64,000 bases of DNA from Octopus sinensis (lineage: Eukaryota): the NCBI RefSeq assembly GCF_006345805.1, contig NC_043012.1, positions 11,098,001 through 11,162,000 of the forward strand, read 5' to 3'. Below, piece by piece: positions 34,663 through 48,823 of the stretch; positions within the stretch are counted from its first letter, which is position 1, and each line of letters begins with the position of its first letter. The notes below the pieces were generated by a model that saw only the letters and a list, made by a program, of their open reading frames with translations, did not search any database and was not told where the DNA came from. The position numbers were made by a program, and so were the translations under genes.

Positions 34663-35099
34663 GAAAACGTTCTCTGTTGTAGTTCAGACTTCCACCCGCT
34701 AGAAATAGCTAGAACCACTGATTCAACCCTCAGACATCAGTATACCAACCGGCGGGGTCAAGTGTAGTCCTACTGCTGCGTGGTGCCGCCTTTACTTTGC
34801 AGTGCTTCTCCCCTGTTCGTTGATTTTTGCGATGGCAGAAAAGAAGGAAACTGTGTGCTGCCGTGTGAAATTTTGTTTACTGTTGTCATGCTTCTAGCTG
34901 CCATGTGTAAAACACAAGTTATGGAGCGGTTTTCACGCTTTAGGAACGGTCAATTGTCCCTTGAAGACCAGTTTCGTTCAGGGCGACCGTCGACCTCCCA
35001 AACGAATGAAAACATCACGAAAATTCATGAACTGATCTTGGAGGACCATCACCGAACAACTGACGAAGTTGTTGATATGACTCTGGTGTCCAGGAGCTC
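34663..35099 (+). mobile_element. Duplicated internal segment of the neighbouring mariner element
   Basis: Nearly identical to 35621-36059; flanked by a ~108-bp direct repeat (34556-34663 / 35099-35208). Confidence 0.9.
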
Positions 35100-35260
35100 A
35101 ATCAATACTTCATTTCATTTTACACTATGTATACTATTTATACTATATATTCTATAATCTATATTAATATTATAAAGAATATAAATAAAACATAAAAAAC
35201 AGACAGAGTTGGAATTCCTTTGAATAATATATATCCCTCTATACACAATCATACAAACTC

Positions 35261-35297
<37 letters not shown>

Positions 35298-35596
35298 AAT
35301 GTGTGTGGTGTGTGTGTGTGTGTGTGTGTTGTGTGTGTGTGTGTGTGTGTGTATGTTTGTTGTTTGTAGTATGTATGTCTATTTGTCGACTCACCCTCTT
35401 ACTTCTGAGTTTTGCTTGCAGATGTACAATGGTTTCTGGCAAGTTACAAAAAGTAGTGACTTACATAAATTCTGAAGACTGTGTTGTCACAGGTGAAACG
35501 CAGGGCGGTAAGAGACTGCATCGACCAAAATAAAAATGTTATTAATCTTTACTGTCAAGTACTCTTTCTCCCGACAATCAACACTGAATGTATATA

Positions 35597-36443
35597 CGAG
35601 GGATTACCCAAAAGTAACCGGAAACGTTCTCTGTTGTAGTTCAGACTTCCACCGCTAGAACCCACTTGATTCAACCCTCAGACATCAGTATACCAACCGG
35701 CGGGGTCAAGTGTAGTCCTACTGCTGCGTGGTGCGCCTTTACTTTGCAGTGCTTCTCCCCTGTTCGTTGATTTTTGCGATGGCAGAAAGAAGGAACTGTG
35801 TGCTGCCGTGAAATTTTGTTTACTGTTGGGGAAAACAGCAGTTGTCATGCTTCTAGCTGCCATGTGTAAAACACAAGTTTATGGAGCGGTTTTCACGCTT
35901 TAGGAACGGTCAATTGTCCCTTGAAGACCAATTTCGTTCAGGGCGACCGTCGACCTCCCAAACGAATGAAAACATCACGAAAATTCATGAACTGATCTTG
36001 GAGGACCATCACCGAACAACTGACGAAGTTGTTGATATGACTCTGGTGTCCAGGAGCTCCTGCTAAAGAATTTTGAGCTGGGGAATTGTGAATGAAAAGA
36101 GTTGCATCAAAATGTTGTGCCTCGTGCCTCGTTTGCTCACGGATGATCAAAAGCAGCCACAACTAATTGCGTGTTGTAAACTGAAAGGACAGTTGGAAAT
36201 TGATCCAGACGCTTTTTTCGAAGGTCATCACTGGGGACGAATACGGAATTTGCAGATGTGGAAGAACTGAAGAAAAAGTGACGGCAGTATTGAAAGGCAT
36301 CACTTTGCTAGAGTTCCAGCACTGCTTCGAACTGGGAAATGCGTCTAGACCGGTGCATTACTTCCAATGGAGAATAATTTGAAGGCTATAAAAGTGTAAA
36401 CATGTAAAACTAAGTGAATAAAATTATATTACAAAATTCCTCG
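35597..36443 (+). pseudogene. Internally deleted mariner-family transposon
   Basis: TA|CGAGGGATTACCCAAAAGTAACCGG ... CCTCG|TA termini. Remnant KTQVMERFSRFRNGQLSLEDQFRSGRPSTSQTNENITKIHELILED, LVPRLLTDDQK and FSKVITGDE are mariner HTH/linker and first-Asp motifs, with stops and frameshifts. Confidence 0.9.
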
Positions 36444-36519
36444 TATATATATGTGTGTGTGTGTGGGGGGGGGGGTGTAGCTCAAAATTATATAAAAAAC
36501 AAAAAAAAAACACGAAACA

Positions 36520-36630
36520 GAGACAGGTAAGGGAAGAAGAAACAAAGTGTATTAGTTTGACGCTCAGGAAAAATGGAAGAAGACTTTGACGTTTTGAGCT
36601 ACGCTCTTCTATAGAAAGGAATGAGGAGAG
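36520..36630 (-). mobile_element. Penelope-like tail, decayed copy of the minimal-hammerhead family
   Basis: Minus strand CTTTCTATAGAAGAGCGTAGCTCAAAACGTCAAAG...TTCCTGAGCGTCAAACTAATACAC. Confidence 0.5.
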
Positions 36631-36675
36631 AGGGAGAGAAAGAAAAAGAAGAAACGGAGAGAATAAAACACGTCC

Positions 36676-36730
<55 letters not shown>

Positions 36731-36867
36731 TATAATATATATACATATATTTATATAAATATATAACATATATATATATACATATATATACATATATATA
36801 TACATATATATACCATATATATATATATATATATATACATATTATATACATATATATATATACACAT

Positions 36868-36905
<38 letters not shown>

Positions 36906-36946
36906 ACAGATATAGATAATGCATGTGTGTATGATATATATGTATG

Positions 36947-36989
<43 letters not shown>

Positions 36990-37086
36990 GAGAGAGAGAG
37001 AGATAGATAGATTGATAGATAGATAGCTATATGTATGTATGTATATATGTGTATGTATATACATGTATATATATATATATATATAG

Positions 37087-37118
<32 letters not shown>

Positions 37119-37788
37119 CTGTGTGTGTGTGTATGTATGCATGCATATATGTAATAGAGTGTGTGTTTGTGCGCGTGAGAGAAACAGAGAGAGTGGGTAA
37201 GAGTCACACAACCCTGAATAATTTCGTCTGTTTCTATGGCACCCAGTTTTACTGTAAATAAATAAGCCAAAACTAAGACGTATTACAAAATGTCTCTCCT
37301 TTGTTGTCCTCGTGGCAAATAACGAAATCATTTGTTATTCATCTCGTTGCTGTTGTAGTTGTTATATATCTGTTCGTGTTCTTACTGTCTTTCACTGTAT
37401 AATACGATACAACATGCCACGCCGAACAGTGATAAATCTTCGTTATTAGCTTTCTTTCGACAAAAATATATGGATTTCCTTATAGAAATTATTTAGAAGA
37501 CAAACAAAACAACGAAACAAATGGAAAAAAAACAACAAACAAACAAAACTTTATATGTAGGTTGCGTGTATATTGAGAATATAAATAACAAATATGGCGG
37601 CGAGTGTTTGTGTTTCTACGTTAACTTAAATTAGTATCTTGATATATTTTTTCTTTCCTCTCCTCTGATATAATGTATGATTCAATGTAAAATGTGCTTG
37701 CGTCCGTTCCTAAGGGAAGAAACTTTTGCCACTCATCGTTTTCTAAAATATCTGTCTTGTCAGATTACATTTTGCTGTCCAATTTAAA

Positions 37789-37789
<1 letters not shown>

Positions 37790-37845
<56 letters not shown>

Positions 37846-37909
37846 CAACATCTTCATCAACATCATCATTTTATTATCATTATTATTATTATTATTATCA
37901 TCATCATCA

Positions 37910-37953
<44 letters not shown>

Positions 37954-38030
37954 GTTATTATTATTATTATCATCATCATTATCAACATCATCATTTTTAT
38001 CATTATTTATCATTATTAATGTTGTTGTCG
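37790..38030. repeat. (ATT)n/(ATC)n trinucleotide microsatellite
   Basis: Direct reading; source of the poly-I/L/N ORFs. Confidence 0.96.
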
Positions 38031-38920
38031 TTGTTGTTGATATGAACATTATAGACCTCCTCATTGATTCCGGTTCCTTGTTAGTAAGTAGTACTACAGC
38101 AAGACTGATTTACTCTCCCCTCGGGATTGGCTCATCAGTTCATTCCGTATTAAAAGTGATCGAAGTTTGGTTTGGTGCAGACATCTTGATAAACAGAACT
38201 GGGAAATGCTGTTCATGATCGGAGCAGCGTTGGGGAATCTAATTCTAAAAAAAGTCTATGAGGGATATATCTCTGAAAATGGATGTGAGTTGGTGGAGAA
38301 TGCCTGTAGGATTTTATGAGTTAATTACCATTTTGATCTTTATATTTTGTCCAAAACCAATATCTAACTTGATAATAACTCTTATTCTTCTTGCGGAAGC
38401 GACATGTTTCACTGGTTAGGAATACTATAATATCTAAGAAATGCGATCCTTAAATCATCCTTTAATTGTAGTCCGACATCAAGCGTATACCGATAACGCG
38501 TGTTTTTAGTATTGAGTGTTACCTGAAAAATTTACAGTTCTTTTATTATGTGAGTAATGTGTCCAATGGTACTTTGAGTCAGCAGTTTCATTCCATGGTG
38601 ATGTTACTGAAGAGTACAAGAGATAATGGTCCTTTCGTGTGTCCTGAGAATCAATGAGGGTTACTGATCAAATTTTCCTTTGTACATTCAAGCCAGTATC
38701 ATGATTATGAATATTTCCCATTTCTTCAACTTAACAGTGTTTCCGGGAGAAATTTCCGGTTTGGAATAAATTCTATTGATTAGAATTCGATTTGGCTGGC
38801 ACCTGGATCTATCCTTGCCTCTGAAAACCCCCCAAACTTTCCTTCACTCGTTAAATGTTCAGGTGTTGTAGATATATGCAACTATGTCAAACAGCTGCTA
38901 TATATATATATATATATATA

Positions 38921-39303
38921 GGCGCAGGAGTGGTTGTGTGGTAAGTAGCTTGCTAACCAACCACATGGTTCCGGGTTTAGTCCCACTGCGTGGCACCTTG
39001 GGCAAGTGTCTACTGCTATAGCCTCGGGCCGACCAAAGCCTTTGTGAGTGGATTTGGTAGACGGAAACTGAAAGAAGCCTGTCGTATATATGTATATATA
39101 TATATAATATATGTTTGTGTGTCTGTGTTTGTTCCTCTAGCATTGCTTGACAACCGATGCTGGTGTGTTTACGTCCCCGTAACTTAGCGGTTCGGCAAAA
39201 GAGACCGATGGAATAAGTAATGAGCTTACAAAGAATAAGTCCAGGGATCGATTTGCTCGACTAAAGTCAGACTGACTGAAACAGGTAAAAGAATAAAAGA
39301 ATA
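38921..39303 (+). mobile_element. SINE family B, full length with a small 3' internal deletion
   Basis: GGCGCAGGAGTGG head; lacks the GGCGGTGCTCCAGCATGGCC segment. Confidence 0.88.
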
Positions 39304-39538
39304 TATCTATGAATGACCGTTTAAGTATCCATAAGTCAGAAAAAATATGCATTCGTATATTTGTCAATAGAGTGGCTATATTAATCGAAGTGTATACTAT
39401 TATATATTCATTACGGTCGGTCTTACCAATCGTTTACCTTGCACTCCGTTGAAACCCTAGTACAAAACTGATTGATAAGACCGACCGCAATGGTTATATA
39501 ACACTGGACACTTCGATTAATATATATGTGGGCGTGTG

Positions 39539-39857
39539 TATGTATGTATGTATGTATGTATGTATGTATGTATGTATGCATGTATGTATGTATGCATGCA
39601 TGTATGTATGTATGTATGTATGTATGTAGGCATGTATGTATGTATGTATGTATGTATGTATGCATGTATGTATGTATGTATGTATGTATGTATGTATGCA
39701 TGTATGTATGTGGATGCATGTATGTATGTATGTTATGTAGATGTGTATGTATGTATGTATGCATGCATGCATGCATGTATGTATGTATGTATGTATGTGC
39801 ATGTATGTATGTATGTATGTATGTATGTATGTATGTATGTATGTATGTATGTATGTA
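39539..39857. repeat. (TATG)n microsatellite with TGCA variants
   Basis: Direct reading. Confidence 0.97.
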
Positions 39858-40561
39858 TACACTGTGTGTCAAAACACAAAGTAATTGGATACATAACCGT
39901 GTTACATGTATGAAGTTAATTGTAAAAATATATATTGATAAACCGGATTATTTGTTTGTACTTAAAGTATTACTAACACAGTCCGTGTGTATGGGTGGCA
40001 GGGTGCTGTTGAACCGACGTCTCCTTGCATGTTAAGTTCAATTCATACCGAAGTCAATGGTTTTATTTTTTATTTTTCCGAAATCAATAAAAATAAACAC
40101 CAGTGAGGTACTGGGGTCGATATAATCGATGGCACACTTATTTTATTAAACGCAAATGGCTTTGTGGTCTAAGTCAGAAATCATGTTCTCCAATACATCC
40201 GGCTAATAACACACACACACACACTCACACACACACACACTCACACACACACACTCACACACACACGTCTGTGTATTGATTTCCGTCCTTGATATTGATG
40301 ACGTGTTTGATGTCGCTAAGTTCCAACTGAGATCTGGTCGAACAAATCTATGATCATGATACTATCCGTGACCATACAGCTAATTTCTATATCTAACAGT
40401 GCTCAATGTTTCAATTTTAAGATTTTAAGGTGTTATTTGAGGTGAGAGTTGGCAACTATTTCTTCTCCTTCTGCTGTTCCTTGGTTGCTTTCTCGATGAA
40501 CCGAGACCGTTTCATGGTTCTTGATTTCAGTCTGGAATTGTTCTACTTCACTTTAGTCTTT

Positions 40562-40771
40562 ATTCTTTTATTCTTTTATTTGTTTCAGTCATTTGACTGT
40601 GGCCATGCTGGAGCACTGCCTTTAGTCGAGCAAATCAACCCCAGGACTTATTCTTTGTAAGCCTAGTACTTATTCTATCGGTCTCTTTTGCCGAACAGCT
40701 AAGTTACGGGGACGTAAACATAGCACCATCGGTTGTCAAGCGATGTTGGGGGAACAAACACAGACACACAA

Positions 40772-40808
<37 letters not shown>

Positions 40809-40811
40809 TAT

Positions 40812-40846
<35 letters not shown>

Positions 40847-41009
40847 CGATGGGCTTCTTTCAGTTTCCGTCTACCAACTCCACTCACAAGGCTTTGGTCG
40901 GCCCTAGGCTATAGTAGAAGACACTTGCCCAAGGCACCACGCAGTGGGACTGAACCCGGAACCATGTGGTTGGTAAGCAAGCTACTTACCACACAGCCAC
41001 TCCTACGCC
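40562..41009 (-). mobile_element. SINE family B, full length
   Basis: Reverse complement of the family B structure. Confidence 0.9.
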
Positions 41010-42322
41010 TTTGTTGATTCTCTTTAGAAATAGCATCAGGATTCCACTGATATTCAAGCCGTCGATGCTGCTGCTACCGTCTCGAAGAACAGGCACCAAA
41101 GTGAAATCTCCATGTCTCTTTCTCATGAAGTTACATCAACACAAATCACATTTGCTGACTATTTGACCTTTAGTTGTCAGACTTGACCAAGCAAACCTAT
41201 AAATGAAGTTGTTCTAACCATGACAACCTCCAGGGAAGGTATAATTAGGACTATAATCCAATATAGCGTAGTAGGCCCCACATGTTGTTGTTGTGTAGTC
41301 CCAGCTCATCCCTGAGTGCGCGTATCTAAGACAAAAGGCGTTCTAAGCGTGACTTTCCAGGCTAACTGCTTCTCTATTTTAAAGATTCTAAAGTGTAATT
41401 TGAGTGAGATTTCACTGCTAATTCTAGCACGTAGAGCGAACATGTAGACACTTGCACATTTCTCTGTATATCACTTCTGTACTGAATGGGTAGCGGTGGT
41501 GAAATAATGTGGGGTAGACGGAGCGGAGGTGGTGGACTAGTGGTGGTACGGAGGAGGGGTAGCGAGGGTAGAAGAAGGTACGGGGGTGGTAATTTTTGTT
41601 GTATTTCCCCGATGATCACAGTTTAGTTAATTAATCATTATTCTTAAGAAAACACGTATTTATATAATTAAGTCATTTGCTGCAAAAGAAAAGAGGATAA
41701 TTAAATATTCATGTAATGAATATTTAAAAACATTCGTCATGCTCCCCACCCCTCTAAACACATACCCACCCACACACTTCACATATTTACTTCAAGAAAA
41801 GAGCAAAAAACTAAATGGAAAAAAAAAATGACAAGATTTTCTTCAGCAGGTGCGATCTGTACATATTAATTAATCGTTTAAATGAAAGTCATGCTATTTT
41901 TTAAGAAAATTAAACAAATACAAAGCATGACAGAAGCAACAATAACAACAACTACAAGAATAATTACTAAAAACAACCAATAAAAAAAGAATATTTAATA
42001 ACATTAAAAATGATACAAGAAAACCGTAGAAGAAATGAGTGAAAGATGCAAAATGTATTTAAAAAAAAATAAAATTTAAAAAATAAGAATTGCAAAAAAT
42101 AAAAAAAAATAAATAACTGGTTTTTCGAGTATATCCCGCCCCCACATTTGAACCTACGACGTTTACTTCTAAAAACTCTTAATTTCTCCATTATTTTCCT
42201 CGCATTCCTTCCACCGTTTCCTTGTTGCTTTTAACGTCACTGGTTGTTTGTTTTGTTTTTGCGTGTTGTGTTTATTTGTTTATCTTTTATCATTCCTCTC
42301 ATTCTTTCTTTGTTTTTCTTTT

Positions 42323-42388
<66 letters not shown>

Positions 42389-42728
42389 ATCTGCCTGTTC
42401 TCTCCTCAGGGAATGAATTTCTCCTTCATTCACTCTTACCTTCTCTTTCATTCTTTCCTTCTTTCCTGCTTGTATTTTCATTATGCTGCTGAGATAGCTT
42501 TTGTTATTGTTGTTCTGAAGCATCTGTTGCCACAACTTTTTTTTCTTATTGCTGTTCTTGTTGCAGTTATTTTGATGTTGTTGTTATTTATTTTTTACTG
42601 TTCTTCGACTTCCCCCCTCCCCAGAAATTGCTGGCCTTGTGCCGAAATCTGGTATCAGTATTATGCCGTTATTTTTATTTATGTTGTTTTTGTTTATTTA
42701 ATCCCAGGTCGGCCTCAAACCTATGATT

Positions 42729-42890
42729 AGGAGTGGCTGTGTGGTAAGTAGCTTGCTTACCAACCACATGGTTCTGGGTTCAGTCCTACTGCGTGGCACC
42801 TTGGGCAAGTGTTATCTGCTTTAGCTTCGGACCGACCAATGCTTTGTGAGTGGATTTGGTAGACGGAAACTGAAAGAAGCCCGTTGTATA
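42729..42890 (+). mobile_element. SINE family B, 5' half
   Basis: AGGAGTGGCTGTGTGGTAAG through GAAAGAAGCCCG. Confidence 0.85.
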
Positions 42891-42895
42891 CTCTT

Positions 42896-43136
42896 TAAGG
42901 CGGTGAGCTGGCAGAAACGTTAGTACGCAGGGCGAAATTCTTAGCAGTATTTCGTCTGCCGTTACGTTGTGAGTTCAAATTCCGCTGAGGTCGACTTTGC
43001 CTTTCATCCTTTCGGGGTCGATTAAATAAGTACCAGTTACGCACTGGGGTCGATATAATCGACTTAATTAGTTTGCCGGTCCTTGTTTGTCCTCTCTGTA
43101 TTTAGCCCCTTGTGGGTAGTAAAGAATTAGGTATTG
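42896..43136 (+). mobile_element. SINE family A, full monomer
   Basis: AAGGCGGTGAGCTGGCAGAAACGTTAG...GAGTTCAAATTCC...GGGGTCGATTAAATAAGTACCAG...GGGTAGTAAAGAATTAGGTATT. Confidence 0.9.
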
Positions 43137-43364
43137 TTGTTTGACGAAAGTGTTGATAGTTGATGCTGTCTTCGTCTTCTTCTTCTTCCATTCAGGACTC
43201 ACGCCATTTGCTACAAAGAATAATCTCTAATTCGAGCCTACTCTAAGCCACTAAGAATGCGTGTGGCAACTTGAAGATCCACCCACCGCACGTGATAGAC
43301 TGGCGGTTGCACGGGTGTGAAAGCTACGTTGTTATCCTCATTCCGTAAACGGTGGACTCGTCGA

Positions 43365-43474
43365 TCTTAGGTGTTTTTGCTCAATAAACATTCACAATGC
43401 CCGGTCTGGGAATCGAAACCGCATTCTTACCACCGCGAGTCCGCTGCTCTAACTATTGGGCCATTGCCCCTCCA
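43365..43474 (-). mobile_element. SINE family E/C head fragment
   Basis: Reverse complement matches the first ~110 nt of 15480-15863. Confidence 0.75.
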
Positions 43475-43652
43475 CTGATATTGTTGTTTGACGAAAGTGT
43501 AGATTGTTGTTGCTGTTGTGGTAGAGAGGTGTTATAGTTGCTAGTCTTGCGATTATTATTTCAGTTGTTGGGTACTGGGGCCAATGTAATCGACCCGTCT
43601 CCAAAAATTCCAAGCCTTGTGCCTATAGCAGAAAGGATGAGTTCAATTGCTA

Positions 43653-44210
43653 CTGAGGCGGTGAGCTGGAAGAATCGTTAGCACGACAGGCAAAACGCCT
43701 GGAGACAACTTCGTCCGTTCTTACGTTCTGAGTTCAAATTTCACCGATGTCGACTTTGCCTTTCATCCTTTCGGGTCAATAAATTCAATACCTATTTCTT
43801 TACTACCTTCAAGAGGCTAAACACAGAGAGGACAAACAAGGACAGACAAACGGATTAAGTCGATTACATCGACCCCAGTGCGTAACTGGTACTCATTTAA
43901 TCGACCCCGAAAGGATGAAAGGCAAAGTAGACCTCGGTGGAATTTGAACTCAGAACGTAGCGGCAGACGAAATACCTATTTCTTTACTACCCACAAGGGG
44001 CTTAACACAGAGAGGACAAACAAGAACAGACAAACGGATTATGTCGATTACATCGACCCCAGTGCGTAACTGGTACTTAATTTATCGACCCCGAAATGAT
44101 GAAAGGCAAAGTCGACCTCGGCGGAATTTGAACTCAGAACGGAACGGCAGACGAAATACGGCTACGCATTTCGCCCGGCGTGCTAACGGTTCTGCCAGCT
44201 CGCCGCCTTA
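43653..44210. mobile_element. SINE family A cluster: plus-strand head (43653-43785) joined tail-to-tail to a minus-strand dimer (43786-44210)
   Basis: The minus-strand copy has one head and two ~184-bp body units; CCTATT junctions at 43791 and 43975. Confidence 0.88.
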
Positions 44211-45379
44211 ATACCAGTGAAACACTGGGGTCGATGTAATCAACTAGCCTCACCTCCCCAAAATTCAAGCCAGGTGCCAATAATAGATAAGATTATTTAA
44301 ATTTTTTTGCTGGTTATTGCTTCTGCTATTTTTGCTGTTGCAATTAGCATTGTTATTGTTGCTGTTATAGTTGTTGCTGTTGTTTTGTTTTTTCTCATCC
44401 CCGCCGCCGCCGCTACCGTCGTCGTCGTCATCATCATCATCATCATCATCATCATTGTCGTCGTCGTTTCTATTGTCGTTCTCCACCTGTTTTACTGCTT
44501 TGTGAACGTGAGATATATCTTGTCTTCCCATTTATAACCGGGGGCGAGATTTTCTCTAAAAATCGTTCATCTTTAAATTGGAATTTATGCACCACGTACA
44601 CATGACCTCGTTGAAAAATTAATATTTGTTTTGCATATATACCAACCCACACACACACCAATGTAAACACATATATAATACTCTCTATTATAGACACAAA
44701 AATTTTGGGGGAGGGGCAAATCGATTAGCTCAATCCCAATTCTCAACTGGTACTTATTTTATCGACCCCGAAAAGTGAAAGTAAAGTCAATCTCCGCCGC
44801 ACTTGAAATCAGGACATTGAAAAAATAAGAAATTAAATAAATTTTTTTTAATGAATTTTCGTAATAATAAAAATAATTAGATCAAAATAAATAGTAAGAA
44901 TAAATAAAAGAAAGAAAGAAAGAAATACATTTAAAGAATCAGACAACTAGGACTCACAAAGGAGAAATTGAAACCAAAGAAAATAAGTCTAATTTTTGAC
45001 TTTTTATGTTTGTTTGTCTTTGAAAACCCTTCTCAATACCGCTTTTTCTTTCCATTTAATATAAAATTGGCCTCAAAATGACATAGTAATGTTAAGAGCC
45101 TACTTATAGATGACACGCAAAGTAGGAGTCCATTTTAAGACTGTCTTTATTTAGACTGGCCGCTGTTATGTGGTTAACTAATTTTAACATATCATGATCT
45201 ACACTGCTAAATATACAATTGATTTAAAAACATAGGCGTTTGCAGCTATGGCTCTTGGCTTAAGTAATAAAGTACAAATAAATGCTTTCAGCGCCAGCTT
45301 ATAAACAAGTTAGTTGTGATAACGTTTACAATTTGGTATCATCAAAATTATTGGTGTTCAGAAGTATTATATTTTTAAG

Positions 45380-45720
45380 GAAATGTAATATTTTCAAATA
45401 CAGCTAACTTCATTTTCCTGCCTTCCCTGGCAGTTTTCCAAACTGATCCATATTTTAACGATCTTCAAGTCTTGGGTCTATGGACGAGGTGATCTTTACT
45501 ATTTCACAGTTGTAACTGGTACAGCCCTGTTATCAACGACCTCTTTGGTCAACTGTTGTTGCAGCTCTCTGTGTTGTTCCCTCCTTATCAAATTTTGACT
45601 GGGAGCCACAAAGATCTTGAGGGTTCTCCCCGCTTCGAGGGATTCCAGCACTTAGCGCTCTTTATTTTAGCTCTGGCAAAATTTGAAGTTCACATTTATT
45701 TAAAGTTACATAACCAAATA
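45380..45720 (-). pseudogene. Possible decayed LINE ORF1 C-terminus
   Basis: Minus-strand LESLEAGRTLKIFVAPSQNLIRREQHRELQQQL resembles the KIFI.PDLT..QRE..R.L motif of LINE ORF1 proteins. It contains stops and the similarity was judged by eye only. Confidence 0.3.
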
Positions 45721-46198
45721 TCACAAAGAATTTTTCTTTGTTGCTCTACTGATTCTACCATCAACCGCTCAAGAGTAACAATAATAGGTATTGTCAGTGA
45801 CAGAGCCTAAACGAGAACGCTCAACCTCTTAGAAATAGATGGTTAATCCGCTTCAAATCACCTGACTACCATACGTTTGTACGAAGGTGGGTATAATTAT
45901 AAGTGTTTGCTATAGAATCAAAAAAGTCAAAGTTCCTAGAATCATTTCGAATTGCTATCGCACCGTTCACATCATTTCTTGACCTCAATTCAGTTCTGGA
46001 GAATAAATTACGTCTACAGATAGACTCAACAATGAAATTATTTTCTCTGTATAATAGAAGTATATTTCATTTTCGGACGAAGAAGTTTTACAAATTAATT
46101 CCACTGATACTATAAGCAAATTCTGAATTTTTGCAATTTTACGTAACGTTAGATAAAATAAAATAAAATTAAACAGCAATAGACTATGCCTTTTTAAT

Positions 46199-46224
46199 CC
46201 CGAGCAACGCCAGGTATCTCTGAT
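46199..46224 (+). mobile_element. Isolated Helitron-like 3' hairpin remnant
   Basis: CCCGAGCAACGCCAGG matches the 3' hairpin of the two Helitrons; the CTAG terminus is not intact. Confidence 0.35.
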
Positions 46225-46288
<64 letters not shown>

Positions 46289-46300
46289 ATATATATATAT

Positions 46301-46463
46301 GATGCGGGTATCTTTCAGTTTCCGTCAACTAAATCTACTCTGAAGGCTTTGGTCGACCAGAGGCTATAGCAGAAGACACTTGTCCAAAGTGCCAGCGATG
46401 AACTGAACTCGGAACCACGTGGTTAGGAAGCAAGCTTCTTACCAAACAACCACACTTGCGCGC
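46301..46463 (-). mobile_element. SINE family B, diverged 5' half
   Basis: CTTTCAGTTTCCGTC...AGAAGACACTTGTCCAAAGTGCC...GGAACCACGTGG. Confidence 0.75.
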
Positions 46464-46948
46464 TTGTGTGTGTGTGTGTATGTATATATATGAATTTGAA
46501 TTATTATTTAATATATAAGTCACGGCCTACAGACAAAAGAAAAACAGTTCTGCGTTTGGTTGTCTTTAACTAACTTCATCACTTGATGGTTTGAGATAGC
46601 AGCGAGGTAATTAGGTTAACAAATGTAGTTAGTTTGACATTACTACGTGGAATATATACTTTGTTTCTCGAAATTAGTTCTCTGGGGATTTCGGTTAAAG
46701 GTAGGAATGGACATTTTCTATAGTTCTAATTATCGTGTGCGTAGTTTTCTGTAGGTCAATAATTGGACTTATTGATGCCACACAGATTGCAATAAAATAA
46801 GATCGAGATAATCAGGCTGTTTCTATGTGGTTACTAGACCTGCTGATAATAATAGCAGACAATTTCGCCTTAAGTCATACAATCCTACTATATTTGATTC
46901 TTATGTAAGCAGGCAAAATTATTATCTACATAATTGGTTGTTATATGT

Positions 46949-46983
<35 letters not shown>

Positions 46984-47830
46984 CATATATAAAATGGCTT
47001 GGTACTAACAATGCTTTATATGAAATGAATGTTAGTAGCAAGCCATTAAATAGGGGCATTGCAATGAATATCTTCTGTGATGAGTGAAACCGGTTGAAAT
47101 TATGAACTTTGATGTATTTTTGTAATTACAGAATAATTTAGTAAGGTATTTTCAAAATATCTGAATGTACTTTGGAATCTGTTATTTGGAAATGATTTGA
47201 TTGTAATAATGCATTTTGGTCATGATATGATATTTCTGAATATGAAACATCGTCTTCTGAATTATTTTAAATATGATAATCTCTTTTTCAATGCATATTA
47301 TTATATTTTGAAATAATTTGAATGTAAGGATATACTCTGGAATTAATTCACTGCAATATAAGAAGGAAAACACATTTTCTTCTTATTATTATTATCCTTA
47401 TTTCCCGACATTTGTGGAATACTTTTAACATTACACACGGACATACATATACACACACAGAAACAAATAAACATAGACACACACGCACACATACACCTAT
47501 TTATGCATGTATGTGCGTTTACGATTTATCAGTGTGTTTTTGTATGGACGTATGTGTATGTGTAGGTATGTGTGTGTATGTTTGTGTGCTACAGAGAAAC
47601 TGTTGTTTTCCCTTTCACAAATTGTTGCATACGATGCCTTATATAAATAAGTCCAATGATTGAAACAGGTTAAAGAGTGAAAAATATATATCCTTATCCA
47701 AAATAGAGACGAGTTCTAATGTTGACATATTGAGAGTTTGCCAATTGGTAAGAGATTCTATTTTACAAATAAGAAATATCCATCCACCAATGCGATGTTG
47801 CGTACTCATTTTCACTGTTAAATATTACCG

Positions 47831-47862
<32 letters not shown>

Positions 47863-47997
47863 TGTATGTATGTATGTATGTGTGTGCATGTGTGTGTGTG
47901 TTTGTGTGTGTACGGTAATATATATGTACATATGTATGTGTATATATGTGTGTGTGTGCGTGTGCGTATATATATATGTGTGTGTGTGCGTATATAC

Positions 47998-48093
<96 letters not shown>

Positions 48094-48302
48094 AAAACCG
48101 CATTGGTGATTATATATTTTTTATATTTGAATTAAGGCTACTCTTGGTTTCATGTTAAGAAAAGTAGGAAAATATCCTTGTGTCTTAGCAAATTTTTAAG
48201 CCGATCATATGGAGAAAGGCCTTCGCCTCCATTTTGGAATACACTTTCGCTTCGTTCACGGAGTTTCTCGTAAGTTCGCGTAAATAAATCAATTCCATAC
48301 AT

Positions 48303-48359
<57 letters not shown>

Positions 48360-48648
48360 TATACAGACAAAAATACATACATACATACATTCATACATAC
48401 ATACATACATATTATATATCCCAATATTATTTTCTGAAACAAGGATTATACAGAGTTAGCAAAAAGTGCAGCAATGACCCCATAAAGGCATTTCCTCAAA
48501 TACTTTACGCACCCTGTATGTATGTATATATGTATGGATATATATACATAAATATTGTATACCTGTATATAGATAAATATCTATAAATTTACCTGTCTCT
48601 CTCTAAAACTCTCCCTGCACACACACATACACACTCAGATAGATAAAT

Positions 48649-48742
48649 AGATAGACAGTTAGATAGATAAACTGATTGATAGACAGACAGAAAGACAGAC
48701 AGACAGACAGATAGATAGATAGATAGATAGATGGACACAGAC

Positions 48743-48822
<80 letters not shown>
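48649..48822. repeat. (AGAT)n/(AGAC)n microsatellite
   Basis: Direct reading. Confidence 0.96.
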
Positions 48823-48823
<1 letters not shown>

